Shown here piece after piece: positions 28,247 to 32,000 of a stretch of 32,000 bases of DNA. Position 1 is the first letter of the stretch. Every line of letters starts with the position of its first letter. Source of the stretch: Nostoc sp. PCC 7120 = FACHB-418 (GTDB lineage Bacteria > Cyanobacteriota > Cyanobacteriia > Cyanobacteriales > Nostocaceae). A program made the translations under genes and the position numbers. The stretch is taken from assembly GCF_000009705.1 (NCBI RefSeq), contig NC_003272.1, forward strand, positions 4,470,001-4,502,000, given 5' to 3'. The notes under the pieces are model-generated. The model did not search any database. It saw nothing but the letters and a program-made list of their open reading frames with translations, and had not been told where the DNA came from.

Positions 28247-28281
28247 GTCAACAGTCAACAGTCAACAGTCAACAGTCAATA
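28247..28281. repeat. STRR3-type heptamer array (GTCAACA x4 plus GTCAATA; a permutation of CAACAGT)
   Basis: Perfect 7-nt tandem units read directly, ending 21 nt before the DUF362 gene start. Confidence 0.85.
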
Positions 28282-28302
28282 GCCATACTTACCAAATCAT
28301 CT

Positions 28303-29274
28303 ATGCAGAACCAAAAACCATCTGTCAGCCTGATCCGGGCTACTTCCTACGAACGGGAAGCATTAAAGAAATCTCTTGTTACCTTGCTAGAACCTTTTGG
28401 GGGGATGGCAGCTTTTGTTAAACCAGGACAACGGGTTTTACTGAAACCTAATTTACTCACGGGAGCGCGTCCCACTAAAGAATGTACCACCCGTGCCGAA
28501 CTAGTTTATGCCGTTGCCCAAATGGTAATCGCCGCAGGTGGAAAGCCATTTTTGGGAGATAGTCCAGCATTTGGTAGTGCTAAAGGTGTAGCCATAGCCA
28601 ACGGTTATCAGCCACTTATTCAAGAACTCAATCTGCCAATCATCGATTTTCACGGCAAACGTTACGAAACTGTTAGTGAAAACTTTAATCACTTGCTACT
28701 GAGTAAAGAAGTCATAGAAGCAGATGTGGTGATTAACTTACCAAAAGTCAAATCCCATACCCAATTAACTTTAACTTTGGGCGTAAAAAACCTCTTTGGT
28801 TGCGTTCCTGGCAAAATGAAAGCATGGTGGCACATGGAAGTTGGGAAGGATGCTGACCGATTTGGAGAAATGCTGGTAGAAACCGCCAGGGCAATTAACC
28901 CAGATTTAACTATTTTAGACGGCATTATCGGTCACGAAGGCAATGGCCCCAGTGGCGGCGAACCTCGTGCCTTGGGTATATTGGCAGCCGCATCAGATAT
29001 ATTTGCCCTAGATAGGGCAATGGTAGAAATTCTCAACGTCCCACCCCATCAAGTACCTACCGTTGCCGCATCCCAAAGATTAGGGGTTTGCCCAGAACTT
29101 GCTGATATTCAGTTTCCCAACTTACATCCTGATTTATTAAAAATTGACGATTGGCAACTTCCTGATAAGTTGATGCCCATTGATTTTGCTATGCCCCGTG
29201 TGATTAAGTCCACTTTTAAACACTTCTATATCCGCTTTATCAAAGAACCCATGAGCGCCTACGGTAGACAGTAA
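28303..29274 (+). CDS. DUF362 domain-containing protein
   Basis: 323 aa. The N-terminal pattern ...FVKPGQRVLLKPNLL... and the later GHEGNGPSGG are typical of DUF362 as I remember it. Confidence 0.65.
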   Translation: MQNQKPSVSLIRATSYEREALKKSLVTLLEPFGGMAAFVKPGQRVLLKPNLLTGARPTKECTTRAELVYAVAQMVIAAGGKPFLGDSPAFGSAKGVAIANGYQPLIQELNLPIIDFHGKRYETVSENFNHLLLSKEVIEADVVINLPKVKSHTQLTLTLGVKNLFGCVPGKMKAWWHMEVGKDADRFGEMLVETARAINPDLTILDGIIGHEGNGPSGGEPRALGILAAASDIFALDRAMVEILNVPPHQVPTVAASQRLGVCPELADIQFPNLHPDLLKIDDWQLPDKLMPIDFAMPRVIKSTFKHFYIRFIKEPMSAYGRQ

Positions 29275-29276
29275 CC

Positions 29277-29304
29277 AAAAAAACCGCCACTAGATTAGGG
29301 CGGT
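29277..29304 (-). terminator. Rho-independent terminator oriented for the minus strand
   Basis: The minus strand reads accgcc-ctaatctagt-ggcggt followed by TTTTTTT (the plus-strand A7 at 29277-29283). The plus strand has no T-tract after the stem. Confidence 0.5.
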
Positions 29305-29430
29305 CTGGTTAAGCAATCGGAGGGTAATCTCTAGCCTATTCTGCTCATCAAGATATTGCTGTAGCAGGATTTGCAGTTGTATTTGCTCAAAAGCTTAAGT
29401 TAATCATTTTTAGGCTGTTCAGTCCAATAA

Positions 29431-29487
29431 GGTGCGTCAGTGCGATAGAACCTAAATATACTTAGAAATTATTCACACTGACGCACC
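29431..29487 (-). terminator. 12-bp perfect inverted repeat (ggtgcgtcagtg / cactgacgcacc, 33-nt spacer) 36 nt downstream of the hli stop
   Basis: Read directly. On the minus strand it is followed by ttattgg, a weak U-tract. Confidence 0.45.
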
Positions 29488-29522
29488 CTACTAGGCTTGG
29501 AACAGAGCTTGCTTATATCAAC

Positions 29523-29702
29523 TTACAAAATGCCCCAAAAATGGAGAAAGCCTTGGCCTGAAAAAGCTTCAATCAACACGATAGATAGAAAACCAATCAT
29601 TGCAAAGCGACCATTCCAACTTTCACTCTCACTAGTGAAACCAAAACGCACAGCATTAGGACTTTCGGTAACAGTAGACTTAGGATTCTTAAAACCAGAC
29701 AT
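29523..29702 (-). CDS. hli: High-light-inducible protein (HLIP, CAB/ELIP/HLIP superfamily)
   Basis: It carries the chlorophyll-binding helix motif [19 protein letters not shown]. The track start at 29708 is TTG. The ATG two codons in (29702) is preceded by GGAG at 8-11 nt and is the likelier start, giving 59 aa. Confidence 0.85.
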   Translation of the reverse strand: MSGFKNPKSTVTESPNAVRFGFTSESESWNGRFAMIGFLSIVLIEAFSGQGFLHFWGIL

Positions 29703-29744
29703 AAACAAAACTCCAATGTATTGCGTTGTACAGCTTTCACTGTC

Positions 29745-29760
29745 TGTAACGTAATGTAAC
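29745..29760 (-). promoter_or_regulatory. HLR1 element (RpaB-type direct repeat) upstream of hli
   Basis: The minus strand reads GTTACATTACGTTACA, an exact fit to (G/T)TTACA(T/A)(T/A)NN(G/T)TTACA. It lies 43-58 nt upstream of the hli ATG. Confidence 0.6.
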
Positions 29761-29922
29761 AGATGTTGAAGGGAATGGAAGATTTATCGTAAATAGGAGT
29801 ACTAGGTTACCGTACTGAAAACCAAAGTTTTTGATTAGCGATCGCTAGTAACTTACTTCCTTAGATAATAAAAACTAATCAAGTATATATATTTTAGTAA
29901 TATTAATTAATTACCCAATTTT

Positions 29923-29938
29923 TGTAAAGCAGTGTAAA
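29923..29938 (-). promoter_or_regulatory. HLR1-like element upstream of psbA
   Basis: The minus strand reads TTTACACTGCTTTACA, with two perfect TTTACA hexamers at the correct 10-nt register and one mismatch in the WW positions. It lies 60-75 nt upstream of the psbA ATG. A further GTTACA lies at 29944-29949 on the plus strand. Confidence 0.4.
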
Positions 29939-29997
29939 GTATTGTTACAGGCAAAAAACAACTGCCTGATTCATAAAACCAACGTAATCATAAAAAC

Positions 29998-31080
29998 ATG
30001 ACCGCAACCTTACAACAGCGCAAAAGCGCCAACGTATGGGAACAGTTCTGCGAGTGGATTACCAGCACCAACAACCGTCTATACATCGGTTGGTTCGGCG
30101 TACTAATGATCCCCACCTTGCTAGCTGCAACCACCTGCTTCATCATCGCCTTCATCGCTGCACCCCCAGTAGACATCGACGGCATCCGTGAACCAGTAGC
30201 AGGTTCCCTAATCTACGGAAACAACATCATCTCCGGTGCAGTTGTTCCATCCTCCAACGCCATCGGCTTGCACTTCTACCCAATTTGGGAAGCAGCATCC
30301 CTAGACGAGTGGTTGTACAACGGTGGCCCTTACCAATTGGTAATTTTCCACTTCCTAACTGGCGTATTCTGCTACTTAGGACGTGAATGGGAACTATCCT
30401 ACCGCTTAGGAATGCGTCCTTGGATCTGCCTAGCATTCTCTGCACCAGTAGCAGCAGCAACCGCAGTATTCTTGATCTACCCAATCGGACAAGGTTCCTT
30501 CTCAGATGGTATGCCCTTGGGTATCTCCGGCACATTCAACTTCATGATCGTGTTCCAAGCAGAACACAACATCTTGATGCACCCCTTCCATATGTTGGGT
30601 GTAGCTGGTGTATTCGGTGGTTCCTTGTTCTCTGCAATGCACGGTTCCTTGGTAACCTCTTCCTTAGTTCGTGAAACAACCGAAAACGAATCACAAAACT
30701 ACGGTTACAAATTCGGACAAGAAGAAGAAACCTACAACATCGTTGCTGCACACGGTTACTTCGGTCGCTTAATTTTCCAATACGCATCCTTCAATAACAG
30801 CCGTCAATTGCACTTCTTCCTAGCTGCATGGCCTGTAATCGGTATTTGGTTTACCGCTTTAGGTGTAAGCACAATGGCGTTCAACTTGAACGGTTTCAAC
30901 TTCAACCAATCCATCATCGACTCACAAGGTCGTGTAATCAATACCTGGGCTGACATCATCAACCGCGCTAACTTGGGTATGGAAGTAATGCACGAGCGTA
31001 ACGCTCACAACTTCCCTCTAGATTTGGCTGCTGGTGAAGTTGCTCCTGTTGCTATCAGCGCTCCTGCTATCAACGGTTAA
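29998..31080 (+). CDS. psbA: Photosystem II reaction centre protein D1, E130 (high-light/stress-type) isoform
   Basis: 360 aa of canonical D1 sequence. By direct counting, residue 130 is Glu ([11 protein letters not shown]). The ...DLA344 end is followed by a 16-aa C-terminal extension. Codon bias is strong. Confidence 0.98.
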   Translation: MTATLQQRKSANVWEQFCEWITSTNNRLYIGWFGVLMIPTLLAATTCFIIAFIAAPPVDIDGIREPVAGSLIYGNNIISGAVVPSSNAIGLHFYPIWEAASLDEWLYNGGPYQLVIFHFLTGVFCYLGREWELSYRLGMRPWICLAFSAPVAAATAVFLIYPIGQGSFSDGMPLGISGTFNFMIVFQAEHNILMHPFHMLGVAGVFGGSLFSAMHGSLVTSSLVRETTENESQNYGYKFGQEEETYNIVAAHGYFGRLIFQYASFNNSRQLHFFLAAWPVIGIWFTALGVSTMAFNLNGFNFNQSIIDSQGRVINTWADIINRANLGMEVMHERNAHNFPLDLAAGEVAPVAISAPAING

Positions 31081-31100
31081 TTCTGAATTCTTAATTCAAT

Positions 31101-31134
31101 AAAAAAGCGTCTCCTGCAAAGGGGGCGCTTTTTT
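31101..31134 (+). terminator. Rho-independent terminator of psbA
   Basis: The stem is gcgtctcc (31107-31114) / gggggcgc (31121-31128), with two G-U pairs. The loop is tgcaaa, followed by TTTTTT (31129-31134). An A-tract precedes the stem. Confidence 0.8.
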
Positions 31135-31244
31135 GCTTTGGATTCATGTCCAACATAGGTTAAATTACACACACAGCATAGATAAGCCGTAAATAGTACG
31201 AACTCCTATAATTACAAGCAGGCGATCGCTCTAATATGCCATGA

Positions 31245-31805
31245 TTAATCTTGCCTAGTGAGGATAGCGTGTTCAAATCTTACTTCTGCTAGACGTTCAG
31301 TCTGATTTGGTCTTGTTCCCACCGTAAATTCTCCAACGAGTGAGTAATAAGCCATTTGGGCGCGGACTTTCGCCTCTAAAGGTGTAAAGCCAACTTGCAA
31401 GAATAAATTTTGTGTGTAATTTAGCCGACTTTGATCTACTTGCAGCATAATCTCGGCAACATTTGCAGCTTTTGTAGCCCATGCGCGAATTGCATTTTCT
31501 AATCGACCGTCAATTTGAATTGCGAATTCAAATAAATGTAGCAATTTAGTCGTTGCGTCCCCACCTATCGTTTCGACTCGCTCAATTAAATTATTGGTTT
31601 CACCTTTCACCCATTCCTGTAAAATTGCTTCCAATAAATCATCTCGGTTCTTGAAGTGCCAGTAAAAGCTACCTTTTGTCACCTTGATTAACTTGGCAAG
31701 TGGTTCTACTCTGACGGCTTCAATTCCTCCCTCCGCCAAAACTTTTAAACCAGCATTAATCCAGTCCTGTCGTTCCAGTTTGATGTGTTCTTGTTTTTTT
31801 TCCAT
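31245..31805 (-). CDS. TetR/AcrR family transcriptional regulator
   Basis: The N-terminal HTH is WINAGLKVLAEGGIEAVRVEPLAKLIKVTKGSFYWHFKNRDDLL. The start is either the ATG at 31805 (MEKKQ...) or the ATG at 31823 six codons upstream. Confidence 0.85.
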   Translation of the reverse strand: MEKKQEHIKLERQDWINAGLKVLAEGGIEAVRVEPLAKLIKVTKGSFYWHFKNRDDLLEAILQEWVKGETNNLIERVETIGGDATTKLLHLFEFAIQIDGRLENAIRAWATKAANVAEIMLQVDQSRLNYTQNLFLQVGFTPLEAKVRAQMAYYSLVGEFTVGTRPNQTERLAEVRFEHAILTRQD

Positions 31806-31867
31806 ACGGCAGCGTATTGACATTTATTTGTTGAGCTATTAATCTATTTCCATACGCTACGGTATGG
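31802..31867. promoter_or_regulatory. Two related imperfect palindromes, candidate TetR operators, in the divergent spacer
   Basis: The first is CCATACG-gcag-CGTATTG (31802-31819). The second is CCATAC-gctacg-GTATGG (31850-31867). Both are preceded by TT, so TTCCATACG occurs twice (31800 and 31848). Confidence 0.35.
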
Positions 31868-31880
31868 AGAAGATAAATAA

Positions 31881-32000
31881 GTGAGTAACGCAAATACAGA
31901 GCTACTTTTGCAATGGGCAAATTTATGGTCTTCAGGAAATGTAGAATCGTTTCTCTCGCTTTTTGCTGAGGATTGCTACTACGAAGATGTGGCGTTTAGT
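31881..32000 (+). CDS. SnoaL-like / NTF2-family protein, 3'-truncated by the window edge
   Basis: This ORF is not in the supplied track. An open frame from GTG 31881 to the window end reads VSNANTELLLQWANLWSSGNVESFLSLFAEDCYYEDVAFS, a typical SnoaL-like N-terminus. It is divergent from the TetR gene. Confidence 0.5.
   Translation, partial: MSNANTELLLQWANLWSSGNVESFLSLFAEDCYYEDVAFS

Noticed and set aside
28167-28281. Tandem repeats as a possible CRISPR array
   Set aside because: The units are 7 nt and directly tandem without spacers. These are STRR arrays, and no cas genes are present.
29497-29754. 85-aa plus-strand ORF
   Set aside because: It is antisense to the HLIP gene, which has an unmistakable chlorophyll-binding motif. 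The plus-strand translation has no features.
30227-30787. Three ORFs (102, 95 and 81 aa) overlapping psbA in other frames or on the other strand
   Set aside because: These are Arg/Leu-rich artefacts of the strongly biased psbA codon usage. The D1 reading frame is unambiguous.

Overview
This window looks like chromosomal DNA from a filamentous, heterocyst-forming cyanobacterium (Nostoc/Anabaena type). The evidence is roughly 30 HIP1 palindromes (GCGATCGC) by eye, STRR heptamer arrays, and the genes pcyA, devBCA, hli and psbA. From memory, not a search, the gene order matches the Nostoc sp. PCC 7120 region running pcyA, devBCA, uvrA, argS, then psbA. About 27 credible CDSs are present and most are housekeeping. 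They are a partial PstI/BsuBI-like endonuclease, a VanY peptidase, an AEC transporter, a Gpt-like PRTase, a GPH/MFS transporter, a Ser/Thr kinase, pcyA, devB, devC, devA, a HAD hydrolase, uvrA, argS, a Uma2 nuclease, an M15A-like peptidase, a small OMP-like protein, an HMA chaperone, cobL, a type II P-type ATPase, an aspartase, a DUF362 protein, hli, psbA (E130 form), and a TetR regulator with a divergent partial SnoaL-like gene. I found no tRNA or rRNA genes, no CRISPR array and no transposase. I see no convincing new multi-gene system. The best leads are regulatory or structural: (1) a textbook NtcA-activated promoter about 700 nt upstream of devB, whose leader carries two copies of a palindromic element sharing identical 10-nt arms; (2) no CTGCAG anywhere in 32 kb by manual scan, next to a PstI/BsuBI-family endonuclease gene; (3) HLR1 (RpaB-type) repeats in the divergent hli-psbA spacer; (4) a LexA box in front of uvrA; (5) terminator-like hairpins oriented for the minus strand where no minus-strand gene is annotated, which could mark small RNAs. 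All family calls come from motif recognition and memory and need HMM or BLAST confirmation.
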